From IMG/VR virus record IMGVR_UViG_2724679140_000012: a DNA stretch of 46,602 nt; one strand, 5' to 3'. This DNA is from a virus (lineage: Duplodnaviria; Heunggongvirae; Uroviricota; Caudoviricetes). The position numbers and the translations under genes are program-made. The notes beneath the pieces are model-generated. The model saw nothing but the letters and a program-made list of their open reading frames with translations, did no database searches and was not told the origin of the DNA. Positions 1-8,623 of the stretch are shown here, in pieces. Positions within the stretch are counted from its first letter, which is position 1; the number at the start of each line of letters is the position of its first letter.

Positions 1-1284
1 TTACTTCTTCGCCTCTGCAACCACTTTACTACCCACGCCGCGGTTATTGTATTCCCACATGCGGTTGTAGTTAGTGTCATTCAGATTGCGCTGTATTTCG
101 TCGTTATCATCTACGCTGCCGGTATTACCCGCAAACGGACGATTAGAGATCACCGCATCGGCCCACGGTTTAGCCGTGTTAAAACCTTCGTTGATGGCGC
201 TATCACGGATCACCACCTGACCGTTGGTATTGGCATCAACATCCAGCGAGCGGCCCAGTTGCGCCACACCATCACCGAAAGCATTGAAACGGCTGTTTAC
301 GGCGAGGAAACCGTAGTAAATGTTGGACAGCGTAGCCGGTGCAAACACATACGCTTCTTGCTGAGTACGTGAGTTCACCACGCGGAATTCGGTGTTATCG
401 AACACCACTGCGCCGCGACCAGAAACGATATCCACATCCCCTTCAATGTAGCTGTTGGTCACCAGCGTACGCGGCTGACGGTTGGTTTCCAGACGGTTCT
501 GCACACCGCTGTTGGTGACAAAGAAGGTGTTCTGACGACCGAGAATGTTAACGTTGTTAATCTGTACCTGGTCACCATCAGTACGCAGTGCCACCGCCGG
601 ATGGTTACCTGCATCTACGCTATCGCCCAGCGTGTTTTCGATGGTCAGATTTTGCAGTTGCAGGCCATTGTTTTGTGACCAGAAGACCGCAGAGCAGAGA
701 ACACCGATACTGTCGCTGCGTTTGCTCTGGCAGCTATCGTACATATACCACGCTGGTTTACCTGGCATATATTTGCCGCGCGGGTTGACGTCGTGACGCC
801 AGTCGGCAGGGCTCATGCCACCATCAAGGGAAAGCCCAATCTTCACATCAATCGGTTTTTCACCTGTACCGTACAGAGTAATTCCACCCGGAGCGGCAGG
901 GACATATACCGTTCCCTGATACTCACCAGGCATCACGGCAATATACTGGCGCTTGTTGGTACGCTTGATAATTGCCGCATCTACCGCCGCCTGAATCGTG
1001 GTATGCGTTACACCTTGAGTGCCCGCTGGGCCGACAACAAAGTCAGGTTGCGCAGGCAGGGTAATCGGGGAAGGATTCCACGCTGCAGCACCTGGTGTCA
1101 GGGATGCAAAATAGTGTTGAGCATCGAAATTCTGCGCTTCTTTTGCCGACAGAATCGGGCGAGAAGAGGTACCAGGCGCGGTTTGATCAGAAGGACGTTG
1201 ATCGGGCGGGGTTGAGCTACAGGCGGTCAGCGTCACGCCAAAAGCCAATGCCAGCGCCAGACGGGAAACTGAAAATGTGTTCAC
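1..1284 (-). CDS. ybhC: Host gene: YbhC-type lipoprotein (pectinesterase-family / acyl-CoA thioesterase), 427 aa
   Basis: Complete 427-aa minus-strand ORF ending at TAA 1-3; N-terminal signal with LTAC lipobox; recognised as the gene that flanks attB-lambda on the gal side in E. coli. Confidence 0.85.
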   Translation of the reverse strand: MNTFSVSRLALALAFGVTLTACSSTPPDQRPSDQTAPGTSSRPILSAKEAQNFDAQHYFASLTPGAAAWNPSPITLPAQPDFVVGPAGTQGVTHTTIQAAVDAAIIKRTNKRQYIAVMPGEYQGTVYVPAAPGGITLYGTGEKPIDVKIGLSLDGGMSPADWRHDVNPRGKYMPGKPAWYMYDSCQSKRSDSIGVLCSAVFWSQNNGLQLQNLTIENTLGDSVDAGNHPAVALRTDGDQVQINNVNILGRQNTFFVTNSGVQNRLETNRQPRTLVTNSYIEGDVDIVSGRGAVVFDNTEFRVVNSRTQQEAYVFAPATLSNIYYGFLAVNSRFNAFGDGVAQLGRSLDVDANTNGQVVIRDSAINEGFNTAKPWADAVISNRPFAGNTGSVDDNDEIQRNLNDTNYNRMWEYNNRGVGSKVVAEAKK

Positions 1285-1330
1285 AGGTTGCTCCGGGCTA
1301 TGAAATAGAAAAATGAATCCGTTGAAGCCT

Positions 1331-1425
1331 GCTTTTTTATACTAAGTTGGCATTATAAAAAAGCATTGCTTATCAATTTGTTGCAACGAACAGGTCACTA
1401 TCAGTCAAAATAAAATCATTATTTG
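1331..1425. other. attL prophage junction: lambda 15-bp core GCTTTTTTATACTAA (1331-1345) followed by the lambda P' arm with arm-type Int sites
   Basis: Core read directly at 1331-1345; flanking B-side sequence CCGTTGAAGCCT and P'-arm sequence GTTGGCATTATAAAAAAGCATTGCTTATCAATTTGTTGCAACGAACAGGTCACTATCAGTCAAAATAAAATCATT match lambda attB/attP as I recall them. Confidence 0.9.
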
Positions 1426-2489
1426 ATTTCAATTTTGTCCCACTCCCTGCCTCTGTCATCACGATACTGTGATGCCATGGTGTCCGACTTATGCCCGAGA
1501 AGATGTTGAGCAAACTTATCGCTTATCTGCTTCTCATAGAGTCTTGCAGACAAACTGCGCAACTCGTGAAAGGTAGGCGGATCCCCTTCGAAGGAAAGAC
1601 CTGATGCTTTTCGTGCGCGCATAAAATACCTTGATACTGTGCCGGATGAAAGCGGTTCGCGACGAGTAGATGCAATTATGGTTTCTCCGCCAAGAATCTC
1701 TTTGCATTTATCAAGTGTTTCCTTCATTGATATCCCGAGAGCATCAACATGCAATGCTGTTGGGATGGCAATTTTTACGCCTGTTTTGCTTTGCTCGACA
1801 TAAAGATATCCATCTACGATATCAGACCACTTCATTTCGCATAAATCACCAACTCGCTGCCCGGTAACAACAGCCAGTTCCATTGCAAGTCTAAGCCAAC
1901 ATGGTGATGATTCTGCTGCTTGATAAATTTTCAGGTATTCGTCAGCCGTAAGTCTTGATCTCCTTACCTCTGATTTTGCTGCGCGAGTGGCAGCGACCGG
2001 GTTTGTTGTTATATGGCCTTCAGCTATTGCCTCTCGGAATGCATCGCTCAGTGTTGATCTGATTAACTTGGCTGATGCCGCCTTGCCCTCGTCTATGTAT
2101 CCATTGAGCATTGCCGCAATTTCTTTTGTGGTGATGTCTTCAAGTGGAGCATCAGGCAGACCCCTCCTTATTGCTTTAATTTTGCTCATGTAATTTATGA
2201 GTGTCTTCTGCTTGATTCCTCTGCTGGCCAGGATTTTTTCGTAGCGATCAAGCCATGAATGTAACGTAACGGAATTATCACTGTTGATTCTCGCTGTCAG
2301 AGGCTTGTGTTTGTGTCCTGAAAATAACTCAATGTTGGCCTGTATAGCTTCAGTGATTGCGATTCGCCTGTCTCGGCCTAATCCAAACTCTTTACCCGTC
2401 CTTGGGTCCCTGTAGCAGTAATATCCATTGTTTCTTATATAAAGGTTAGGGGGTAAATCCCGGCGCTCATGACTTCGCCTTCTTCCCAT
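1419..2489 (-). CDS. int: Tyrosine integrase, lambda Int (356 aa)
   Basis: Protein MGRRRSHERRDLPPNLYIRNNGYYCYRDPRTGKEF... recognised as lambda Int; adjacent to attL. Confidence 0.97.
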   Translation of the reverse strand: MGRRRSHERRDLPPNLYIRNNGYYCYRDPRTGKEFGLGRDRRIAITEAIQANIELFSGHKHKPLTARINSDNSVTLHSWLDRYEKILASRGIKQKTLINYMSKIKAIRRGLPDAPLEDITTKEIAAMLNGYIDEGKAASAKLIRSTLSDAFREAIAEGHITTNPVAATRAAKSEVRRSRLTADEYLKIYQAAESSPCWLRLAMELAVVTGQRVGDLCEMKWSDIVDGYLYVEQSKTGVKIAIPTALHVDALGISMKETLDKCKEILGGETIIASTRREPLSSGTVSRYFMRARKASGLSFEGDPPTFHELRSLSARLYEKQISDKFAQHLLGHKSDTMASQYRDDRGREWDKIEIK

Positions 2490-2685
2490 TTCTGATCCTC
2501 TTCAAAAGGCTACCTGTTACTGGTCGATTTAAGTCAACCTTTACCGCTGATTCGTGGAACAGATATTCTCTTCCATCCTTAACCGGAGGAGGGAATATCC
2601 TGCATTCGCGCACCCATCGACGAACTGTTTCAAGGCTTCTTGGGCGTCGCTGGCGAGCGTTCCACTCCTGAAGTGTCAAGTACAT
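2467..2685 (-). CDS. xis: Excisionase, lambda Xis (72 aa)
   Basis: Protein MYLTLQEWNARQRRPRSLETVRRWVRECRIFPPPVKDGREYLFHESAVKVDLNRPVTGSLLKRIRNGKKAKS; overlaps int start as in lambda. Confidence 0.95.
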   Translation of the reverse strand: MYLTLQEWNARQRRPRSLETVRRWVRECRIFPPPVKDGREYLFHESAVKVDLNRPVTGSLLKRIRNGKKAKS

Positions 2686-2724
2686 CGCAAAGTCTCCGCA
2701 ATTACACGCAAGAAAAAACCGCCA

Positions 2725-2892
2725 TCAGGCGGCTTGGTGTTCTTTCAGTTCTTCAATTCGAATATTGGTTATGTCTGCATGTGCTATCTGCGCCCATATC
2801 ATCCAGTGGTCATAGCAGTCATTGATGTCCTCTGCTTCGATAACTCTGTCGAATGGCTCTCCATTCCATTCACCTGTGACTCGGAAGTGCAT
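2725..2892 (-). CDS. Hypothetical small protein, 55 aa (MHFRVTGEWNGEPFDRVIEAEDINDCYDHW...)
   Basis: ATG at 2892-2890 with GGAG 8 nt upstream; TGA at 2727-2725; below the 60-aa cutoff of the ORF track, translated by hand. Confidence 0.5.
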   Translation of the reverse strand: MHFRVTGEWNGEPFDRVIEAEDINDCYDHWMIWAQIAHADITNIRIEELKEHQAA

Positions 2893-2989
2893 TTATCATC
2901 TCCATAAAAAACCGCCGTAGCGAGTTCAGATAAAAGAAATCCCCGCGAGTGCGAGGATTGTTAGTTGCGATCTGCTGCTGCCATGGTCA

Positions 2990-3079
2990 TTACCATATCC
3001 ACCCAATTTCACCAGACATGATTCTCGCAATCACTATCATCACCAAAGTGATAATCACAACTTTAACTGGCGGCATCAT
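2990..3079 (-). CDS. Possible 29-aa hydrophobic micro-ORF (MMPPVKVVIITLVMIVIARIMSGEIGWIW)
   Basis: ATG overlaps the TGA stop of the upstream 406-aa gene (ATGA overlap); single predicted TM helix; no other support. Confidence 0.25.
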   Translation of the reverse strand: MMPPVKVVIITLVMIVIARIMSGEIGWIW

Positions 3080-4296
3080 TCACCATCCTGCTCCGGCGGT
3101 TCTGGCAGCGGCATCCAGTCGGTTACATTGCGACTCTGTGTTTCGAAAAATTCATCACCATTGCGGACAATATCGAAAAACTCTCCGTCTCGATATTGCG
3201 CATAAAGAACGAATGCGCCATCACATAAAATAATTACGTGCTGACCATCATCTGGCATCCGCTCACTACAGCTTATCCAACCATCCGGAATTACCGGAGA
3301 ATTGCCATTTACCAAGTCAGCTCGAACATATAGCGTGTCATCATGGTGCTGATTGTGGCTGCACCACGTTAATTCGCTTAACTCGCCATCTTCTGGCCAT
3401 ACTCCAGCTGTTTGCAGCCAGATATGAGCTGGCGCATCCTGGCAAGGTGTATTAACTGGAAACTTGTAAGTTTGGCTTACAGGTTGGCTACCCTGAAGCA
3501 TGGCAGCGTGGCAGGCATACTCAACGCCCTTAACTGCATCTGCGCAGTAGTTATAGCGATTGCATTCCACTAATTTCCGTTTGAGTTTTTCAATTGCCTG
3601 CGCGACATCAGCCTGTATTACAGGAACTGGCGGAACGGCTGTTTGCTCTCGAACGTCATTAGTCGCTATCGGTTCTGCTGCCAACTGACTGGCATATTTG
3701 TTAATGGTAACGATAAGCTCTTGCTCAGCCTCATCCAGACAATCACCGATACCTCGCCTGTCACCGTCAAAATCATCGAAATCGGCACGAATCTTGGCAA
3801 CCTTCAGGATTGCGGACAACACCTCACTAGGAATTACCGGATAGTTGGTTGACGTTTCCGCGATTTCCCGAAAATTATTGGTTGACGAATTCTTGTTTTC
3901 CCGAAAGTTTCCGGACTGAAGCATGGCGGCGCGGCAGGCGTTCCAGCCTCTCACCTCTGCAATAGCGGCAACAGCATCAACCGCGTACATGCTAAGAGGA
4001 TTAGGCATTGGTTTTTCTTCCGGTACTACTGGCGCTGGAGGGGCGGCGTAAATGCCCTCTATCACTAAATGTTTGCGCTCAAAATCATCTGGCTCTCGAT
4101 GATATACGTAACTCCAATCACCAAGGTTATCATTGCGCCTGCAACGGAAACCTATCGGCTCGACTTCCAGCGCTGCCAGAGCAATTCGTGCCAGTTCTTC
4201 CGCTTCTTCTGCTGGCAGTACAACGTTGCTACCAGGTCCGTATGTTTCGCGCCACTGCTTGATTGTCAGCAGTCGCTCTTTGGTAATAGTGGTCAT
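3076..4296 (-). CDS. Hypothetical prophage protein with C-terminal DUF551-like domain, 406 aa
   Basis: Long minus-strand ORF; C-terminal WISCSERMPDDGQHVIILCDGAFVLYAQYRDGEFFD region resembles DUF551 from memory; internal duplicated motif A(D)AV..AAMLQ(S)G. Confidence 0.8.
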   Translation of the reverse strand: MTTITKERLLTIKQWRETYGPGSNVVLPAEEAEELARIALAALEVEPIGFRCRRNDNLGDWSYVYHREPDDFERKHLVIEGIYAAPPAPVVPEEKPMPNPLSMYAVDAVAAIAEVRGWNACRAAMLQSGNFRENKNSSTNNFREIAETSTNYPVIPSEVLSAILKVAKIRADFDDFDGDRRGIGDCLDEAEQELIVTINKYASQLAAEPIATNDVREQTAVPPVPVIQADVAQAIEKLKRKLVECNRYNYCADAVKGVEYACHAAMLQGSQPVSQTYKFPVNTPCQDAPAHIWLQTAGVWPEDGELSELTWCSHNQHHDDTLYVRADLVNGNSPVIPDGWISCSERMPDDGQHVIILCDGAFVLYAQYRDGEFFDIVRNGDEFFETQSRNVTDWMPLPEPPEQDGE

Positions 4297-4298
4297 AG

Positions 4299-4490
4299 CT
4301 ATTTCACCTTAATCTCAACATTTCGCAGCTTTAGCTCTACTGGCAGGTCTGACTTTCCTGTTAATGCTAATGCGAGATTTTCAGGAGTAATGAGAGCAGT
4401 TATTGTTTTCCCCATCTCCAGACGAATAATCATTCGTATCTCGCGATCGTCACATGCTCCTGGTCGAACAATTGATATTTGTCCGTTCAT
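4299..4490 (-). CDS. Hypothetical protein, 63 aa
   Basis: ATG at 4490-4488 preceded by AGGAGA within the repeated linker (see findings). Confidence 0.6.
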   Translation of the reverse strand: MNGQISIVRPGACDDREIRMIIRLEMGKTITALITPENLALALTGKSDLPVELKLRNVEIKVK

Positions 4491-4491
4491 C

Positions 4492-4989
4492 TCACTCTCC
4501 TTTGATGCGAATGCCAGTGGTACTCATTCTCCTGATTTCCCAGAGCACACGAGGAACACCACCGTTTCCGACCGGATCGCGTTTACTCCGCAGGGCGACG
4601 CTTGATTCCGCCCAGCTTTTTCTTGGAGGAAGCTCTTTCACACGAACAAAACCAGCTGCGCGGAGAGATGCTCCTGATTCATCTGCCTGGGTGTACGTAA
4701 TACAACGTTGATAACCCATAGCCTTTGCTGCCCGCCAGACAGCACCATAAAGCGCGCTGTTAGCGTTGCGTTCTCCTGTGGTACATGTGCGATTTACTTC
4801 AAGCGTTAATCCATCGTCCAAATGTCGTGCAACAGGTCTACCGGCTGTCGCCACACCTATCAATTCTCCGGCATCATTTCTCAGACCAATGCTGAATTTA
4901 TGCCCCACCGGGGGTTTATTGTGTCGGTGATGTCTGGATATAAACGCCTTCGCAACACGAAGAGTAACCGGTGAAATCTGCACTCTCAC
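4492..4989 (-). CDS. Hypothetical protein, 165 aa (GTG start)
   Basis: ORF starts GTG at 4989-4987 with AGGAGA 4-5 nt upstream; C-terminus GIRIKGE identical to the upstream gene's C-terminus. Confidence 0.65.
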   Translation of the reverse strand: MRVQISPVTLRVAKAFISRHHRHNKPPVGHKFSIGLRNDAGELIGVATAGRPVARHLDDGLTLEVNRTCTTGERNANSALYGAVWRAAKAMGYQRCITYTQADESGASLRAAGFVRVKELPPRKSWAESSVALRSKRDPVGNGGVPRVLWEIRRMSTTGIRIKGE

Positions 4990-5852
4990 TCTCCTTTGAT
5001 GCGAATGCCAGCAAGCCAGTTTCTTATGCCGATATATTCAGCGTTCCTGAAACCACTTTTTACATATATAAATGGCAAGCGAAGATTGTGACCATTGACT
5101 GCCAGGTAATCTTTACAACCCTGTTCGGTGAAACAGCAGGTAACGAATTCATCAATATCTTTCACAGCAACGCGCCGCCACTTTTCTGGTGGCTCTCGAA
5201 AGTTTTCGTGAAGTAGTTCGAGACGACGACTTTGGCGTTTATTGGCTTCATTGCCATCTTCATCAACCCAGACAATCCGGTCATAGTCATAATCAGCATC
5301 AACAACGATTTCGCGCTTTTGATACACACAAAACATAGGGTCTGACGTTATTCGATTATCCTGTGTTCGAATATTTTCACCGATGATGCCAAACGAATCT
5401 GGTGCAGATTTTGTCTGCAACTCTTCGATACGTTCAGCCATCGCAGCACACTCTTCAAAGTTGCTTAATGCTTTTCGCTCCCATTCAGCGCATTGTTTTC
5501 TAAGCTCTGCAATCAGCTTGTCTTTGCCTTCAAGCTCAACGCGCAGCTTCCCTACCGTTAGCGCAATATCCTCGTTCTCCTGATCGCGGCGTTTTATGTA
5601 TTGCTGGTTTCTTTCCCGTTCATCCAGCAGCGCCTGCACTACTTCAGGGTTGAAAGCTGCGATATAACGAGCATTAGCAGCAGCTTTTTTCTGTCCATCA
5701 AACCCAGGCCATTTGATAACATCTTCGCATCGTTTATCACCTGGCGTATGCACCGCATACGTACCAGTACCCGGCGAAATAAATGCGACCCATTCGCCCT
5801 GTGTTGCCTGTTTTGCTAACTCACGCAGTGCCTGATAGTCAATCTTGCTCAC
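4986..5852 (-). CDS. Ea22-like early-region protein, 288 aa
   Basis: N-terminus MSKIDYQALRELAKQATQGEW is the Ea22-family signature as I recall it; coiled-coil middle. Confidence 0.8.
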   Translation of the reverse strand: MSKIDYQALRELAKQATQGEWVAFISPGTGTYAVHTPGDKRCEDVIKWPGFDGQKKAAANARYIAAFNPEVVQALLDERERNQQYIKRRDQENEDIALTVGKLRVELEGKDKLIAELRKQCAEWERKALSNFEECAAMAERIEELQTKSAPDSFGIIGENIRTQDNRITSDPMFCVYQKREIVVDADYDYDRIVWVDEDGNEANKRQSRRLELLHENFREPPEKWRRVAVKDIDEFVTCCFTEQGCKDYLAVNGHNLRLPFIYVKSGFRNAEYIGIRNWLAGIRIKGE

Positions 5853-6520
5853 TGGTTGCCTCCTTTGCGAAGCTCTGCGGCGAACTCGTTAAGTGATATG
5901 TAGCAATCTCCAAATGTTAACGAACCGCTCGACTGCATATGCTCCATAGCCATCTCCACGCCCTGCGCCCGTACTTCAGCCAGGAAAGCATCTGTTGCCG
6001 GAGTTTCAGGAATCCGTCTCCTCATCCGTTCTACTGCATGATTGAACCCGAAGTCTTCCGCGAGAGATACGTCATCCATATTGTCATTGTCATCCTCAAT
6101 ATCCCGTGGTTCTGGAATTGCAGACTTTATTCCCGCATTCTCCGCCGCCAGCGCCGCGCGATTACCCTCCAGCTCTGCAATGCGCTGTTTTGCGGTATCA
6201 AGTTCAATCGATAATTTTTCCAACTGCTCTTTATGCTTCTTGTATTCCTGATATGCGTGCCAGGACTGACCTTTGCGCACACTATCAGTAATATCAGTAA
6301 TCTGTTCTGGTGTTAGCGTAGTCAGTGGCTGTGCTGGGAAAATCAGCACTTTCCCGGAATCCCAATCAAAACCAGCGTGAATTGACTGAACCTCAATTGA
6401 AGGTGTTGAACCAACGCTGCCAGGCGAATGAACAACGATCGTTACATCCATATCGCGACGATGGCTGTGGTTATTGGACAAAATACGATTCACCAACTCA
6501 GAAAATTTGGAGAATTTCAT
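5849..6520 (-). CDS. Hypothetical coiled-coil early protein (Ea22-like module), ~223 aa
   Basis: ATG at 6520-6518 with GAGG 6 nt upstream (the track's upstream start at 6532 is TTG); shares TDAFLAE(V/I)RA and ALAAENA motifs with ORF 6936..7544. Confidence 0.7.
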   Translation of the reverse strand: MKFSKFSELVNRILSNNHSHRRDMDVTIVVHSPGSVGSTPSIEVQSIHAGFDWDSGKVLIFPAQPLTTLTPEQITDITDSVRKGQSWHAYQEYKKHKEQLEKLSIELDTAKQRIAELEGNRAALAAENAGIKSAIPEPRDIEDDNDNMDDVSLAEDFGFNHAVERMRRRIPETPATDAFLAEVRAQGVEMAMEHMQSSGSLTFGDCYISLNEFAAELRKGGNQ

Positions 6521-6528
6521 GCGGAGCC

Positions 6529-6939
6529 TCAATATGCAAAATAGACAGTTGCCACACCGTTATAGTGATCAAACGATACGGCGTTTACTTCATAGCTGGC
6601 AGGAAGCTTCGAGCCGAGAACGTATCCGGGCCACGTTTTCCATGGAATTTCTCTACTCTCACTATCCCCATATACCGTACATCCAAGCGAACCTACAGCC
6701 TCGTCAGAACGTTTGCCGCATGTTATGAAACCTATATTTTTCTTGCTGGCCTTAATGGCGATTGGGTGAACACTGGCTGATGCATTGGCAGCACGCTGTG
6801 ACTGTTGGTTTGCGATATTCGCAGAGTTCGCAGCAGCTACAGCAGCCGTGGTCGCGGCGGTAGATGCCACAATAACTGCTGAAGCCTGCGCCTGTTGGGT
6901 AATGGTCAGCAATGCCGCCACAAAAATCATCTTCTTCAC
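6529..6939 (-). CDS. Exported hypothetical protein with cleavable signal peptide, 136 aa
   Basis: N-terminus [19 protein letters not shown] is a textbook Sec signal (K-rich n-region, hydrophobic core, AQA cleavage site); GTG start with GGAG 7 nt upstream; two Cys in mature part. Confidence 0.7.
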   Translation of the reverse strand: MKKMIFVAALLTITQQAQASAVIVASTAATTAAVAAANSANIANQQSQRAANASASVHPIAIKASKKNIGFITCGKRSDEAVGSLGCTVYGDSESREIPWKTWPGYVLGSKLPASYEVNAVSFDHYNGVATVYFAY

Positions 6940-7544
6940 TTGTCAGCTCCTTTGCGAATCTGTTCCGCCCATTCTTCAAGGGATTTCTCCGCATATTCAC
7001 CGGACAGGCCATCAATCGGGTGCGATTCATTAGCCAACTCTTCTTTCGCTGACAGAATCATGCGCGTAACGTCGAAAACTTCACGTAAAGACTTATTGAT
7101 AAATCCGTGGTTGAAAGCAGCAGCAAGACGGCTTGCGGTATAGTTAATCCCCTCGTTGCGAGCCTCCGCACGAATTTCAGCCAGGAAAGCATCGGTGACT
7201 GGGGGTTTGATTTCGTTAAGCGCATCACTGAATCCACCTCTCTCCATACCTAGCTCTGCTTCGTAATCGGCATCGAATGCAGCGTCTTTGCAGAACTTCT
7301 TCAGCTTTGCATTCTCCGCTGCCAGCGCCGAAAACTTCTCGTGTGCCAACTTAACAGCCGAATCAGCCTGCTTAATTGACTCAATCGCTTTCTGTTGGTC
7401 TTCGGACAGAGCTGAAATTTTGGCCTCCGCTTCAGCAAATTTACGCACCAGATATTCAGCGTTTGTTTCGTTAACCTTTAAATCTCGTGGGATGCATTTA
7501 CCTTTCAGAAATCCATCCATCTCAATTAGTGACATTTGTTTCAT
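6936..7544 (-). CDS. Hypothetical coiled-coil early protein (Ea22-like module), 202 aa
   Basis: ORF with coiled-coil heptads; shares [10 protein letters not shown] motif with ORF 5849..6520. Confidence 0.7.
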   Translation of the reverse strand: MKQMSLIEMDGFLKGKCIPRDLKVNETNAEYLVRKFAEAEAKISALSEDQQKAIESIKQADSAVKLAHEKFSALAAENAKLKKFCKDAAFDADYEAELGMERGGFSDALNEIKPPVTDAFLAEIRAEARNEGINYTASRLAAAFNHGFINKSLREVFDVTRMILSAKEELANESHPIDGLSGEYAEKSLEEWAEQIRKGADK

Positions 7545-7723
7545 TTTTCCCCACTCCGTAACATCGCATTCAGATATTTGTTTTGATTCACTGATGGAAA
7601 AGAATTTATCTTAAGCAATTCCTCTATCGATGGCATTGGCTTTACGCGTTGGCGAATAATCATTTCTGCCGGAAGAATGCCGGGATTGTATGCAAGTCCT
7701 CTCATGGTAAATTCCTCAGTCAT
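7541..7723 (-). CDS. Possible small protein, ~60 aa (start uncertain)
   Basis: ATG immediately after the upstream stop; no convincing RBS; the track ORF 7541..7858 overlaps the upstream gene. Confidence 0.3.
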   Translation of the reverse strand: MTEEFTMRGLAYNPGILPAEMIIRQRVKPMPSIEELLKINSFPSVNQNKYLNAMLRSGEK

Positions 7724-8012
7724 TACTGATAGCGCCATAACGTGAGCGGTAATTACGAAGGCGCGGGTCGATATATTCAGGGAAGTGGGTATATGTGGCT
7801 TTGCGGAATGGTCGGATTGATGTCTGGTAAATTCGCTCGCGTTCTTCTTTCTCTGCAAGCCATATACAATGGCGAAATTCCTTTTCCTCTTTCGTTTCCT
7901 GCGGTAGAGACATTATCCGGTCGTAGTTTTTTCTGAATTTATCCAGCACCTCCGATATGGAATTGCCGGAACAGCGGCGCGGGTCATCCGCACCATACAG
8001 AGGCGCTGGCAT
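7716..8012 (-). CDS. Hypothetical protein, 98 aa
   Basis: ATG at 8012-8010, weak AAGG upstream; basic C-terminus. Confidence 0.55.
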   Translation of the reverse strand: MPAPLYGADDPRRCSGNSISEVLDKFRKNYDRIMSLPQETKEEKEFRHCIWLAEKEERERIYQTSIRPFRKATYTHFPEYIDPRLRNYRSRYGAISND

Positions 8013-8035
8013 AATGGGAGCCTTATTTTCAATAA

Positions 8036-8623
8036 TCAGAAAGGAGGGTAATCGTTCTGGCTGTAACCATAATCATCTGCATGATTCTGGCTTACGTTTT
8101 TAGAGCGATTGTCTTTATCTTTGAGGCTGAAAACCATGTTGGCGATAGTTTCTGGTTGCTTGCCTTCCGCCTTTTCTTTAAGTGTTTGGCCTGTTTGTGC
8201 AATAAACGGGATGCGTATTTCCATCTGGTAACTGTCTGCACCAGTCTTTTTGTTTGTGGTTAATACTTTCTGTAGCACTAACCCGATTTTCTTTCCGTGA
8301 AACTCAGGAGCAACAAATTTACTGGCGGAAACCATATGCTGCGTTAATTGTCCAATCCCGGCACACCCCATCATGGCGTGAACGACATTTGCGCCAAATT
8401 TGTTTTCCGTTCCGTCATTTTTCTGAACACAGACGCTAAGATATTGGATTTTACGTCCGTCGTCGGATTCGCCAGAAAACTCAATAAATTTGGCTCCTTT
8501 TTCTGATTGCTTTAGTTCTGCTTCAGTAATGGTAATGATATGAGCGCCAGTTTCGTTAATAAAACCACCTTGCCCTGCGGTCAGTGCTGCTTCTTCGTTA
8601 TAAGTAAAAATCACGTTGCTCAT
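8036..8623 (-). CDS. Putative phage SSB-like protein (DUF669-type partner of Sak4), 195 aa
   Basis: Immediately downstream of and overlapping the Sak4-like gene; acidic C-terminal tail DDYGYSQNDYPPF resembles the SSB acidic tip; family assignment from memory. Confidence 0.55.
   Translation of the reverse strand: MSNVIFTYNEEAALTAGQGGFINETGAHIITITEAELKQSEKGAKFIEFSGESDDGRKIQYLSVCVQKNDGTENKFGANVVHAMMGCAGIGQLTQHMVSASKFVAPEFHGKKIGLVLQKVLTTNKKTGADSYQMEIRIPFIAQTGQTLKEKAEGKQPETIANMVFSLKDKDNRSKNVSQNHADDYGYSQNDYPPF

Noticed and set aside
545-1316. Plus-strand ORFs inside ybhC (545..796, 588..788, 793..1215, 1095..1316)
   Set aside because: They lie antisense within a well-supported host gene and have no RBS or recognisable features; treated as chance open frames
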